From NCBI GenBank assembly GCA_963805855.1, contig CAWDVW010000004.1:18935-82934 (forward strand): a stretch of 64,000 nt of DNA. Reading direction: 5' to 3'. Source of the stretch: Candidatus Dadabacteria bacterium (GTDB taxonomy: Bacteria > Desulfobacterota_D > UBA1144 > Nemesobacterales > CSP1-2). Below, in pieces: positions 9,858-19,909 of this stretch (position 1 is its first letter; every line of letters starts with the position of its first letter). Both the position numbers and the translations under genes were made by a program. The notes beneath the pieces are model-generated. The model saw only the letters and a program-made list of their open reading frames with translations. It was not told where the DNA came from and did no database searches.

Positions 9858-12240
9858 ATGAAGACAAAAGCTCTTTCCCCGGAACTGCTCCACAAGATGG
9901 ATGCGTACTGGCGGGCCGCCAACTATCTGTCGGTGGGGCAGATTTATCTCTACGACAATCCGCTGCTGAAGCGGCCGCTGACGCTCGCGGATGTGAAGCA
10001 GATGTTGCTGGGACACTGGGGCACGACCCCCGGGCAGAACTTCATTTACGCGCACCTGAACCGGGTGATCAAGAAATATGACCTCGACATGATTTACGTC
10101 TCCGGCCCCGGGCACGGCGGTCCGGCCGTTGTGGGCAACACGTATCTCGAGGGTACGTACAGCGAGGTCTATCCCGACATCAGCCAGGATGAGGCCGGTC
10201 TTAAGAAGCTCTTTACGCAGTTTTCGTTTCCCGGAGGCATTCCCAGCCACGCCTCGCCGGAGTGCCCGGGCTCGATTCACGAGGGCGGCGAGCTGGGTTA
10301 TTCGCTCAGCCATGCGTTCGGGGCGGTGTTGGACAATCCCGATCTCGTCGTCGCCTGCGTCGTCGGCGATGGCGAGGCGGAAACAGGACCGCTGGCCACC
10401 GCATGGCATTCCAACAAGTTTCTCAATACGGCCACCGACGGCGCGGTGCTGCCGATCCTGCATCTCAACGGCTACAAGATTGCCAACCCGACAATCCTCG
10501 CGCGCATCACCCGCGAAGAATTGGAACAGTTGCTGCGTGGCTACGGCTGGACGCCTCTATTCGTCGAGGGTCACGAGCCCGAGCTGATGCACGAGGCGAT
10601 GGCTGCGACACTCGACACGGCCGTCGAGCAAATCAAAGCAATCCAGCAGGACGCCCGCGTTCACGGCAACCTCACCCGTCCGCGCTGGCCGATGATCGTG
10701 CTCAACTCGCCCAAGGGCTGGACGGGGCCGAAGGTGGTCGATGGCCTGAAGGTGGAAGGCACCTTCCGTTCGCACCAGGTGCCGCTCCACCCGGCCGCCA
10801 ATCCCGAACACCTCAAGCTGTTGGAAGACTGGCTGAAGAGCTACCGGCCGGAGGAACTCTTCGATGAGCAGGGCCAACTGAAACCGGAACTGGCGGAGCT
10901 TGCGCCCAAGGGCGAACGACGCATGGGCGCGAATCCCCATGCCAACGGCGGCATTCTGCTCCGGGACCTGCGCGTCCCGGATTTCCGCGAGTACGCGGAG
11001 GACGTGCCCTCGCCGGGGGTGCGCGGCATCGGCGACACACATGTGCTCGGGCGTTTCCTGCGCGATGTGGTGAAGCTCAATAGTGAGCAGCGGAACTTCC
11101 GGGTCTTCGGACCTGACGAAACGCTCTCCAACGGCCTGGAAGCCCTGTTTGAAGTAACCGAACGCCAATGGGATGCCGCGATCGTGCCGAAGGACGAATT
11201 TCTCGCGCCCACCGGACGCGTGCTGGACTCGATGCTCAGCGAGCACCAATGCGAGGGCTGGCTCGAGGGCTATCTGCTCACCGGGCGGCATGGACTCTTC
11301 AACTGCTACGAGGCGTTCATCCACATCATTGATTCGATGTTCAACCAGCACGCCAAGTGGCTGGAGGTCACAGCGCACCTGCCGTGGCGGCGGAAGATCG
11401 CCTCGCTGAACTACCTGCTGGCCTCCCATGTCTGGCGCCAGGATCACAACGGCTTCACGCACCAGGATCCCGGTTTCATCAACCACGTCATGACCAAGAA
11501 GGCCGAGGTCGTGCGGGTTTACCTCCCCGGATGCCAATTGCCTGCTGTCGGTGATGGACCACTGCCTGCGCAGCCGCCATTACGTCAACGTCGTGATCGC
11601 GGGCAAACACCCGGCGCCGCAGTGGCTGACGATGGACGCCGCCCTCACGCACTGCACCGAGGGCATCGGCATCTGGCAGTGGGCCAGCAACGACCAGGGC
11701 GTTGCACCCGACGTGGTCATGGCCTGCTGTGGCGACGTGCCCACGCTGGAGACGCTCGCCGCCGTCTCCATTATGCGCGAGCATCTGCCCGACCTGAAAA
11801 TCCGAGTGATCAACGTCGTTGACCTGATGAAGCTGCAGCCGCAAACCGAGCACCCGCACGGCTTGAGCGACATGGATTTTGACGAGCTCTTCACCAAGGA
11901 CAAGCCGGTCATCTTCGCCTTCCATGCCTACCCGTGGTTGATCCACCGGCTAACCTACCGCCGCACCAATCACGATAACATCCACGTCCGAGGCTACAAG
12001 GAAGAGGGCACCATCACCACGCCCTTCGACATGACGGTGCTGAACGATCTGGACCGCTTCCACCTCGTGATGGACACCATCGACCGCCTGCCGCAGACCG
12101 GCGACAAGGGCATCTACCTGAAGCAGCAGCTCAAGGACAAGCTCATCGAGCACAAGCAATACATCGACAAGCACGGCCAAGACATGCCGGAAATACGCAA
12201 CTGGAAATGGAGTATGGACACTGCCAATAAGCGTGTGTGA
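9858..12240 (+). pseudogene. xfp: Xylulose-5P/fructose-6P phosphoketolase, frameshifted
   Basis: [41 protein letters not shown]; frame break at the C run 11525-11528 (expected YLPPDANC); C-terminal part in 11551-12240. Confidence 0.9.
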
Positions 12241-12305
12241 ACTCCGTCATGCGCTGAGACTGCAATTTATCACGCTCAAATGTGGAGAATGTAAAAGGAG
12301 GACAT

Positions 12306-12677
12306 ATGATTTCAAAGATTCTTGTTCCGACAGACGGGTTCAATGCAGCGCATAAGTCAGCAAGTTATGCGGTTGACCTCGCAAGGCATTTGAAAGCCCC
12401 GGGAATTGTCCTGAGCGTTATTGATGAGCGCTCATTTGTGGGCCAGACAGTTCCTGCTGCGAAGACGGCAGGACATTTAATAGAGCCTGTCGAGGATTAT
12501 CTTAGAGAGGTAGCCGAAGGGTATGCCGGAGAAATAAAGAAGCTCTGCGATAAAAATGCAGTCCAATCAAAGATTGTTATAACGGCAGGTCACCCTGTTG
12601 AGGATATTGCGAAAGAGGCTGTGAGGCCAAAGGTAAATCTGATTAGGGCATTAGACGTTTCACGAAGAGTGTTGTAG
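12306..12677 (+). pseudogene. Universal stress protein, C-terminally truncated
   Basis: KILVPTDG and GHPVEDI present; expected LIVMGSxG replaced by unrelated sequence from ~12645. Confidence 0.75.
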
Positions 12678-12756
12678 TGATAATGGCTAATGGTTAAATG
12701 GTTTTCAAGCAATTTTAGCTTGTCAAAAATTAGGCGTATTTTTTGTAAATGTTAAA

Positions 12757-12913
12757 GGGGACGTTCACCGTCCACTTGTCCCTTCTTATCGAGAGCTCAA
12801 TCGGGCCTAGCCTGGCCTCATGAGTCTCCTTGTCATAGCTGAAACTGGCATACACCAGCCCCCGTCACGCCGGCCACGACCAGCACAATTTCCACAATCT
12901 TGACTGTGCTAAT
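12757..12913 (-). pseudogene. Degraded small membrane protein gene
   Basis: Reads (ATT)STVKIVEIVLVVAGV, frameshift, GLVYASFSYDKETHEARLGPIELSIRRDKWTVNVP, then truncated. Confidence 0.55.
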
Positions 12914-12984
12914 TTCGTCTCATCCTCTCTATTTCTTTCTCTCTAGAGCAGGATATTCAGATTCAGAATTCAGATAACGGGCGC

Positions 12985-13434
12985 TCAGTAACGCAAGCTG
13001 ATCGTCTTATCTAGGTTTTGCCCATCGTACGAGAAGCTGGCGGCAGAGAACGAAGGCGCGCCTAGCAAGCCTTTTGCATCGTTTGAAAAACCGTAGCCTT
13101 CCTTTGGGATCCCCAGCCATTTGGTGTCAAGCTTGCCGTTCATATTCTCATCATGAATGACGACAAGCGCATATGTTCCCGGCGGGATATCTACAAAGTC
13201 GCAACGCGCCTCCTTACCCCGAATTTTTATTACCACGACATTGGTCGCATTGTGCAGAAACTCTCTAGGGAAACCATCTGGCGATTCGAAAAGCGCGCAA
13301 GCTATGTTTCCAGTGCTGTTTCTAATGTTCAGAACCTTCACGTGAATGATGGGGGGTGAAGATTGTGCCAAGGCGACGGCGGTAAGATTCGTAAGCACCA
13401 ACACTGCAAACAATACTATGTGCCGAACTCCCAT
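12985..13434 (-). CDS. DUF2141 domain secreted protein
   Basis: Signal peptide; PPGTYALVVIHDENMNGKLD..GIPKEGYGFSN. Confidence 0.85.
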   Translation of the reverse strand: MGVRHIVLFAVLVLTNLTAVALAQSSPPIIHVKVLNIRNSTGNIACALFESPDGFPREFLHNATNVVVIKIRGKEARCDFVDIPPGTYALVVIHDENMNGKLDTKWLGIPKEGYGFSNDAKGLLGAPSFSAASFSYDGQNLDKTISLRY

Positions 13435-13740
13435 CGCGGAACTGTCTCGAAGCAGCCCTTACAGCGTTTACCCGTTTACTGTAAATTCTGCTTAAGTTGA
13501 CAACATCCCTCCTAAGCTATAATGCTCTGATTCATACTATATGAGGACTAATCTATCATAACATACGGATCACTAGCACAATAATAACTATTATTACTAT
13601 AGTACCCACAATTCCATATCCTAACATCTGACTCTCCTTATATCCGGATTCGACCCCTGTTGCCACACTTTGGGTCTCACATTCTAAGACCTGAGTGTCT
13701 TAGCAACCACATTCATCCCATAGAGATGCCTTGCTCTCTG

Positions 13741-13834
13741 CTAGGCTTGGTAGGCCATGCGGCGGACCGCATGATAGAGCACCAAAAGAACCACTGCGCC
13801 ACCTACGGCTACACTACCAAGCTATAAATGACAT
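13741..13834 (-). pseudogene. GlsB/YeaQ/YmgE-family gene with internal deletion
   Basis: GGAGG RBS + MSFIAW joined directly to C-terminal VAVGGAVVLLVLYHAVRR. Confidence 0.65.
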
Positions 13835-13927
13835 TCCTACCTCCGTTTTTCGGTTGAATTTTAATATAATCTATAGCATATTTAAAAAGCAGTGTCAATA
13901 GGTATTTTAATAAATATTATTAATATC

Positions 13928-13956
13928 TTGACATATTTATTCAAAATAAATAAAAT
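13928..13956 (+). promoter_or_regulatory. Sigma70-type promoter for the HTH gene
   Basis: TTGACA-N17-TAAAAT; a divergent TTGACA lies on the minus strand at 13893-13898. Confidence 0.65.
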
Positions 13957-13999
13957 ATATATTAAAATACTTGAGTCTGAAGAGGAGATTATCGAGAAG

Positions 14000-14245
14000 A
14001 TAGGCAAGATAAAGTGTCATTTATCAAGAATCCTTGGAGAGCGACGAATATCTCAAGTGGAGCTTGCTAGGAAAAGCGGGCTCTCTACTTACACAATAAA
14101 CAAGTATTACCATGAGAAGTGGAAAGGAATTGATGAAGCAACCCTAGTGAAGTTTTGTGGGGCTTTAAAAGTGCAAGTAGGGGAGTTATTTGAGTATCTA
14201 GATAATCGCGATGATACTGGACATCGTGCTTCTCCAAACAGGTAA
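14000..14245 (+). CDS. XRE/Cro-C1 HTH regulator; no canonical start downstream of its promoter
   Basis: LSRILGERRISQVELARKSGLSTYTINKYY..TLVKFCGALKVQVGELFEY; likely start is ATA at 14000. Confidence 0.7.
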   Translation: MGKIKCHLSRILGERRISQVELARKSGLSTYTINKYYHEKWKGIDEATLVKFCGALKVQVGELFEYLDNRDDTGHRASPNR

Positions 14246-14418
14246 TGAACAGCGCATGAACAAAGGGACGCGTTGTGCTAGGAGTGTACGGCCGCGTCCG
14301 GGATTTTCGGATTCAACCCGCCGCCAATTTCGTTCCATCTGCTTATAGGAATGATTATTATGGCTTACATTATCACAGCGGAAATGACTAAGGTAATTTT
14401 TTACAGGCAGGTGAAATT

Positions 14419-15894
14419 ATGACGGATACAGACGACAGACGACACCGGTCTATCTTACAAAGAATTGCGCGTCGGGCGATGCTTGAAAGAGGACTTCTTC
14501 CCGATTTCCCACTTCAGGTACTCGCCGAGCTCGACAGAATCCACGGGCCTGCGACACAAGTTGAAGAATCCACGCGTGATCTCAGAAACCTTATCTGGTG
14601 CTCTATAGACAACGACGCTTCGCGTGATTTGGACCAGCTTGCCGTTGCCGAAACCATGCCCGACGGGGCCGTAAAGATACTTGTCGCCATTGCCGATGTA
14701 GACGCTGTCGTCAGGAAGCAGTCAGCAGTTGACGATCACGCCCGGCGGAACACCACCTCGGTATACACCGCCGCCGGGATATTTCCGATGCTTCCCGAGA
14801 AACTCTCGACCGATCTTACCTCTCTCAACTATGAATCAGACCGCCTTGCCATCGTCATTGAAATGGTCATCGCCGGGGATGGATCGCTTCGGGCTTCGAA
14901 CCTCTATGGAGCGACAGTCCGCAATCATGCAAAGCTTGCTTACAACAGCGTTGGCGGCTGGCTGGAGGGTAACGGGCCGATGCCGCAAGGGATCAGAGCG
15001 GTCAACGGTCTTGACGAGAACCTCCAGCTCCAAGACCGCGTGGCCCAAAAGCTAAAGGCCCTCCGGCACGCGCATGGTGCGCTTGATCTCGAAACAATAG
15101 AAGCACGTCCGGTATTTGATGGAGATGATCTCAAGGACTTTGAAGCCGAAAGAAAGAACAGGGCCAAAGATCTTATTGAGGACTTCATGATCGCTGCAAA
15201 CGGCGTTACCGCACGGTACCTCGCGTCCGAAATGTTTCCGTCGCTGAGGCGCGTTGTCCGCAAACCCAAACGCTGGGACCGAATCATCGAGATTGCTTCA
15301 GAGCGAGGCCTTACGCTGCCGCAGGAGCCCGACTCAAACGCGCTGGAGGAATTCCTGGTATTGGCGAAAGCCGCCGATCCTCTCCGCTTTCCCGATCTTT
15401 CACTTAGCGTCATCAAGCTGATGGGCGCCGGTGAATACGTCGTCGAACTTCCGGGAGACAGCGCAGCCGGGCACTTCGGTCTTGCGGTCAGTGATTATAG
15501 TCACTCTACAGCCCCGAATCGCCGATATCCCGATCTGATCACAGAGCGGTTGCTGAAAGCGGCGATGGCGAGACGTTCCCCGCCCTATGAGAACGATGAA
15601 TTGGAGGCACTCGCAAAGCATTGCACCGAAGAGGAGGACGCAGCAAGGAAGGTCGAACGGCAGGTCGGAAAATCCGCAGCAGCAATGCTGTTGGAATCAA
15701 GGATCGGAGAGCGGTTCGATACCATCGTTACTGGTGCATCTGACAAGGGCACGTGGGTCCGTCTTCTGCACCCGCCCATTGAAGGTAGACTGGTGAGCGG
15801 TTTTGAAGGCCTGGATGTCGGTTACAGACTCCGCGTGCAGCTGATCCGCACGGATGTGGAGCGCGGATATATCGACTTTAAGAGGGTGGGGTAA
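14419..15894 (+). CDS. RNB-domain (RNase II/R family) ribonuclease
   Basis: SIDNDASRDLDQ, LIEDFMIAAN, HFGLA..YSHSTAPNRRYPDL, C-terminal S1-like domain. Confidence 0.9.
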   Translation: MTDTDDRRHRSILQRIARRAMLERGLLPDFPLQVLAELDRIHGPATQVEESTRDLRNLIWCSIDNDASRDLDQLAVAETMPDGAVKILVAIADVDAVVRKQSAVDDHARRNTTSVYTAAGIFPMLPEKLSTDLTSLNYESDRLAIVIEMVIAGDGSLRASNLYGATVRNHAKLAYNSVGGWLEGNGPMPQGIRAVNGLDENLQLQDRVAQKLKALRHAHGALDLETIEARPVFDGDDLKDFEAERKNRAKDLIEDFMIAANGVTARYLASEMFPSLRRVVRKPKRWDRIIEIASERGLTLPQEPDSNALEEFLVLAKAADPLRFPDLSLSVIKLMGAGEYVVELPGDSAAGHFGLAVSDYSHSTAPNRRYPDLITERLLKAAMARRSPPYENDELEALAKHCTEEEDAARKVERQVGKSAAAMLLESRIGERFDTIVTGASDKGTWVRLLHPPIEGRLVSGFEGLDVGYRLRVQLIRTDVERGYIDFKRVG

Positions 15895-16465
15895 GGAACA
15901 CTGTTTCTGGGGTCATGAATAAATGAGTTGTTTTTCTCTTTGTTGTTCTTCCCCGCCATTTTTTAAATTATTTTCATTTGTTTCCTTCGCACGAACTTCA
16001 TTTTGTTTTGTCTTCTTCTTTCTTTTGATCAAATTACCCTAGTTCTTCAAGAATAGCGGTTATTAGCACTGGGTCACACATGGGAATGTGCTTATTATTA
16101 TATTGTAGATTCAGGCAACGAGTCAAATCTTGAGTTAATATATTAATGACCTTCTGATATCTATCTCAAGCCGTTTTTAATTATCTATGTGGAAATTAAA
16201 GCTATCGAGTAAAATCCTATACTTATACCAATTCCTATTCAACATTTCTTTATCCTCCGCAATCTTTAATATTTTCTAATCCCACCAATCTCGGTATATT
16301 CTATTATCCTCATACACTCCTAGAGTAAGGATTGTGGTCCGTTCTTTCTAATCCGGGACATCGATTCGTCGATTGATTCCGTTACCCGAGTCTGTCCAAA
16401 TTTATAATTTTGAAATGAAGCAGTATTAAATTTTTATATAACATCGAGACTTGACCCGTGAGGTT

Positions 16466-16728
16466 TCTTTGTTAATGGTGCTAATGTAGCTCATTTTCAT
16501 TTAGTGATGCTTGCATACAATTTGTTGAATTTATTTAAGTAAGATGTGTTAGGACAAAGGATAAGAAGCGAATGGGAAAGTGGATAAGACAGAGGATTTT
16601 CTTGATAGCCGGAAAACTCATTAAGAGTGGTAGGAAGTTTATTTTAAAGCCTCAAGAGGATTGGGCATACAAGTGAGGAGTATAATGGGGCAGAGAGAAG
16701 GCTTGGGGCGATTGTCTGGATTACATAG
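16466..16728 (+). mobile_element. IS1380-like transposase C-terminal remnant
   Basis: ANVAHFHLVMLAYNLLNLFK* and LIAGKLIKSGRKFILK with stops and frameshifts. Confidence 0.6.
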
Positions 16729-16999
16729 CAGAAAGATAGGAAATGAATGGATAAACCACAATGAAAGAGTGAGAAAAGTACTTAGAAGGCGAGGTTTACT
16801 CGAGTAACAAGATGGGTGTGGGGACTAGTTAAATTTAAGGCTATGCTTGAAGGAAAAAAGATTTGTTTGCGAAGAAATATGCAGTCAGAGAGGAAAGTCT
16901 CCTTGACTTGAGCTTATGTTTGCGAGAAAATGGAAAAAGAAAAGGTTTATGTGTAAAATGGGTTTAAATTTGTTATACTGATCTCCACAGGAGAAAACT

Positions 17000-18529
17000 A
17001 TAAGAAAGCTACGTATCGGAATCATTGAACTCGTCACCAACGCACCTACTCGTTCTTTGTGGGCGCGTGTCATGTATGCCAATTTCGCAAATATCATGCC
17101 ACAGGCGATAGCCGTATGGTGCGAAGAAGAAGGTCATGATGTCAAATACCTGTGTTACAGGGGATTTGAAAACTTAGCAGATGAATTTCAAGATCACTAC
17201 GACATTGTCTTCATTGGAGCTTATACTCAATGTGCTCAACTGGCTTATGCTCTGAGCAACCTCCTACGATCGAAAGGGGCAGTCACTGCGCTCGGCGGAC
17301 CTCATGCACGCAGCTACCCACAGGATGCGTTAAGATACTTTGACTACGTCTTTGGATTAACTGATAGGGATGCTATTCGTGATGTTTTACAGGATTCCTC
17401 ACAGCACCGCCCAATCGGGGTGCACATTAAAGCCAAACAGCAACCCTCCACACTTCCTGGCGTACGCGAGCGTTGGAAGTTTATTGAGCAAAATCTTCAT
17501 AACGCACCCGTTGTCAAGATTGTTCCGATGATAGGAAGTCTTGGTTGCCCGTACACCTGTAGCTTTTGTATAGACTCCGTAGTACCGTATCAGCAGCTTA
17601 GCCTGGAAATGATGAAGGAGGATCTGCGCTTCCTACTGCAGAAGTTCAAGAAGCCGCATGTTGGGTGGTTCGATCCAAACTTTGGTGTACGGTTTGACGA
17701 ATGCATAGGTGCTATCGAGGAAGCGGCACCTCCCGGTAGTATTGATTTCTATGCAGAAAGCAGTCTCTCCTTGCTCTCTGAGCCGCACCTGAAGAGATTA
17801 AAACGAAATGGATTCAAGGTAATCATGCCCGGAATTGAGTCGTGGTACGAAATGGGCAACAAATCAAAGACAGGTAAGAAGGGCGGAATGGATAAAGTCC
17901 TGCAGGTCTCAGAGCACATCAACATGATCATGAGTTACATACCATACCTCCAGGCCAATTTTGTGTTCGGACTCGACGTAGACGAGGGACCAGAACCTTT
18001 TGAACTCACAAAACGATTTGTAGACATTGCTCAAGGGGCGTTCCCCGCGTATTCTATGCTCTCTGCCTTTGGAGAGTCAGCACCGCTCAATCTCGAGTAC
18101 CAGCAGGCCAACCGGGTCCTACCGTTTCCATTCCACTTTCTGAACACACAACAGGCAATGAACGTGAAGCCGAGTAACTATTCATGGCCTGAGTTCTACA
18201 AGCATCTGATTGGCGTCACCGAGTACACGTATTCAAGGCGAGCGATAATCAATCGCTTCAGAGCGATTAAACCCATCCTCTTGAGTTGTATGAACGTGTT
18301 GAGGGCATTACATGGTATTGGCCGTATCAAGTACCAATCGAGAGTGCTTCATCTGCTCAACAATGATAGGCGTTTCAGGGCCTTTTTCGAACAGGAGACA
18401 ACCGAAATTCCACAATTTTATGTGGACCGAGTGCGAAATGACCTGGGTCCGCTTTGGGAGTGGCTCCCCGAAGGTGCATTGTATCACCACCCTAACGCCT
18501 ACCTTATATCACAAAAAGAAAGTAGCTAA
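17000..18529 (+). CDS. Radical SAM protein with B12-binding-like N-terminus
   Basis: GGPHA; GCPYTCSFC (CxxxCxxC); ORF extends in frame to ATA at 17000 after AGGAG. Confidence 0.8.
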   Translation: MRKLRIGIIELVTNAPTRSLWARVMYANFANIMPQAIAVWCEEEGHDVKYLCYRGFENLADEFQDHYDIVFIGAYTQCAQLAYALSNLLRSKGAVTALGGPHARSYPQDALRYFDYVFGLTDRDAIRDVLQDSSQHRPIGVHIKAKQQPSTLPGVRERWKFIEQNLHNAPVVKIVPMIGSLGCPYTCSFCIDSVVPYQQLSLEMMKEDLRFLLQKFKKPHVGWFDPNFGVRFDECIGAIEEAAPPGSIDFYAESSLSLLSEPHLKRLKRNGFKVIMPGIESWYEMGNKSKTGKKGGMDKVLQVSEHINMIMSYIPYLQANFVFGLDVDEGPEPFELTKRFVDIAQGAFPAYSMLSAFGESAPLNLEYQQANRVLPFPFHFLNTQQAMNVKPSNYSWPEFYKHLIGVTEYTYSRRAIINRFRAIKPILLSCMNVLRALHGIGRIKYQSRVLHLLNNDRRFRAFFEQETTEIPQFYVDRVRNDLGPLWEWLPEGALYHHPNAYLISQKESS

Positions 18530-19118
18530 GTTCATCAAGTGACAATTCGGCTAGGAGACTACATGCCGCTTGAGCTTTAGGTGTCATACCTTGAAATAAT
18601 GTATTTCTTTAGACTTAAAAATGGGGTCTTGCAGGTTAATCAACATCAGCCAAGAGCACAGTTTGAAAACTTGTTATCTGACTTTGATTTGATTGAACCA
18701 AACAAAGAATTTCTGTTTAACTGTACTCCTTTGTTTGGTAGTGGCTAGTAAAATTGTGGGAGAGATGCCCTATTGGGTTTTTGCCAATCCTGGCACCCAA
18801 AAAATCATTCTGATTATCCCTAATCCAGGATAATATTTAATAACTTTCTATATTACATTTATAAAAACTCGACCTCGGGCCTCGAACGGGTTATAAAGGG
18901 CGAATTCAAATAAAATGCTGCCGCAAAAAATATTTGTCTCTAGTTGTACTGCTCCACTTTTGTCAAGCTCGGATTAAGTTGAAATCGGAGAGAATGTAAT
19001 CCTTCCTAGCCATTCTGAAGATCTTCTGTCTCTAGGGTTATTTGTCAAACAATCTAACTTATACTTTGGACCTCTCATAGGAGACGGAGACCATTTTGCT
19101 TTTTCTAATACTTTCATA

Positions 19119-19147
19119 TTGACTAGAAATTACATTTATCGTAACAT
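19119..19147 (+). promoter_or_regulatory. Sigma70-type promoter
   Basis: TTGACT-N17-TAACAT, ~220 nt upstream of the small basic ORF. Confidence 0.45.
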
Positions 19148-19370
19148 CAAGTAAAATAGCGATTTGCAGCATAAAACACCTAATAGGGAATTATACTGCA
19201 TTTTCGCAGGCTATTTAGTAGTCATACCGCATGTCAGGTGGTGCTTGGGGATGGGCAAGAAATTGGCTAGCGTGACACTAATCGATCTCATATGCTCACC
19301 TGTACAACCGAAGACGGGTTTTCGGCGATACAATCCGGTGCAAGTCATTTTCAACCAAGGAGAAAAAGAT

Positions 19371-19478
19371 ATGGGAGATAAGGGAAAAAAAGATAAAGGC
19401 AAAAGGGAACAACAGAAAAAGGCCCAGCTTAATCCAAAGGAAAAACGAAAACTGAAAAAGGAAAAGAAGAATAAATAA
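19371..19478 (+). CDS. 35-aa Lys-rich small protein
   Basis: AAGGAG RBS; MGDKGKKDKGKREQQKKAQLNPKEKRKLKKEKKNK. Confidence 0.65.
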   Translation: MGDKGKKDKGKREQQKKAQLNPKEKRKLKKEKKNK

Positions 19479-19567
19479 ATGCCTAGTGCTGTCCGGTGAC
19501 CTTAAATCAACAAAGGAAGTTGTGTGCCAGTCGCTAGAAAAGACAATTCAAACGGTCACAAACCGTG

Positions 19568-19670
19568 GCATAACCAGTTGTTGCACCCGACCGGAATTGG
19601 CGGTCGGGATCTAGACCTGAAATCAACGGCGCTCGCCGCCATTCCCTGCGGGTGATCTCGGTCGCTAACC
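19568..19670 (+). other. Solitary degenerate attC-like site
   Basis: GCATAAC..TTGCACCCGAC..long imperfect stem..CGGGTGATCTCGGTCGCTAAC. Confidence 0.55.
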
Positions 19671-19909
19671 CTCTCGCCACAATTTATGGTGGCCTCCAAA
19701 CTCGCAATCCTCCTGCAAATTAAGCGAAGAGCGCGGGGTAGCCATAATCCTGACCATCTGATATGATATATTGGTTGACGACTCAATAACTAGCGGCCCA
19801 GCATCCATATCGAGAACACTCGGTTCCATTCTTTGCCGGGGGGCCACTAGGGCAACTGCCTCTTTGGGTTAATTGACCACGGGGTAACTCAGAAAAAAAA
19901 GGTGATTTC

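Noticed and set aside
4745-11537. Long antisense ORFs (424, 495, 347, 326 aa)
   Set aside because: Shadow frames of GC-rich genes, with no motifs
13892-13999. N-terminal extension of the HTH ORF
   Set aside because: Overlaps the gene's own -35/-10 promoter and is AT-rich non-coding sequence
18698-18800. Two hairpins (CCAAACAAAG/CTTTGTTTGG and neighbour) as a riboswitch
   Set aside because: No recognisable aptamer consensus and no downstream gene
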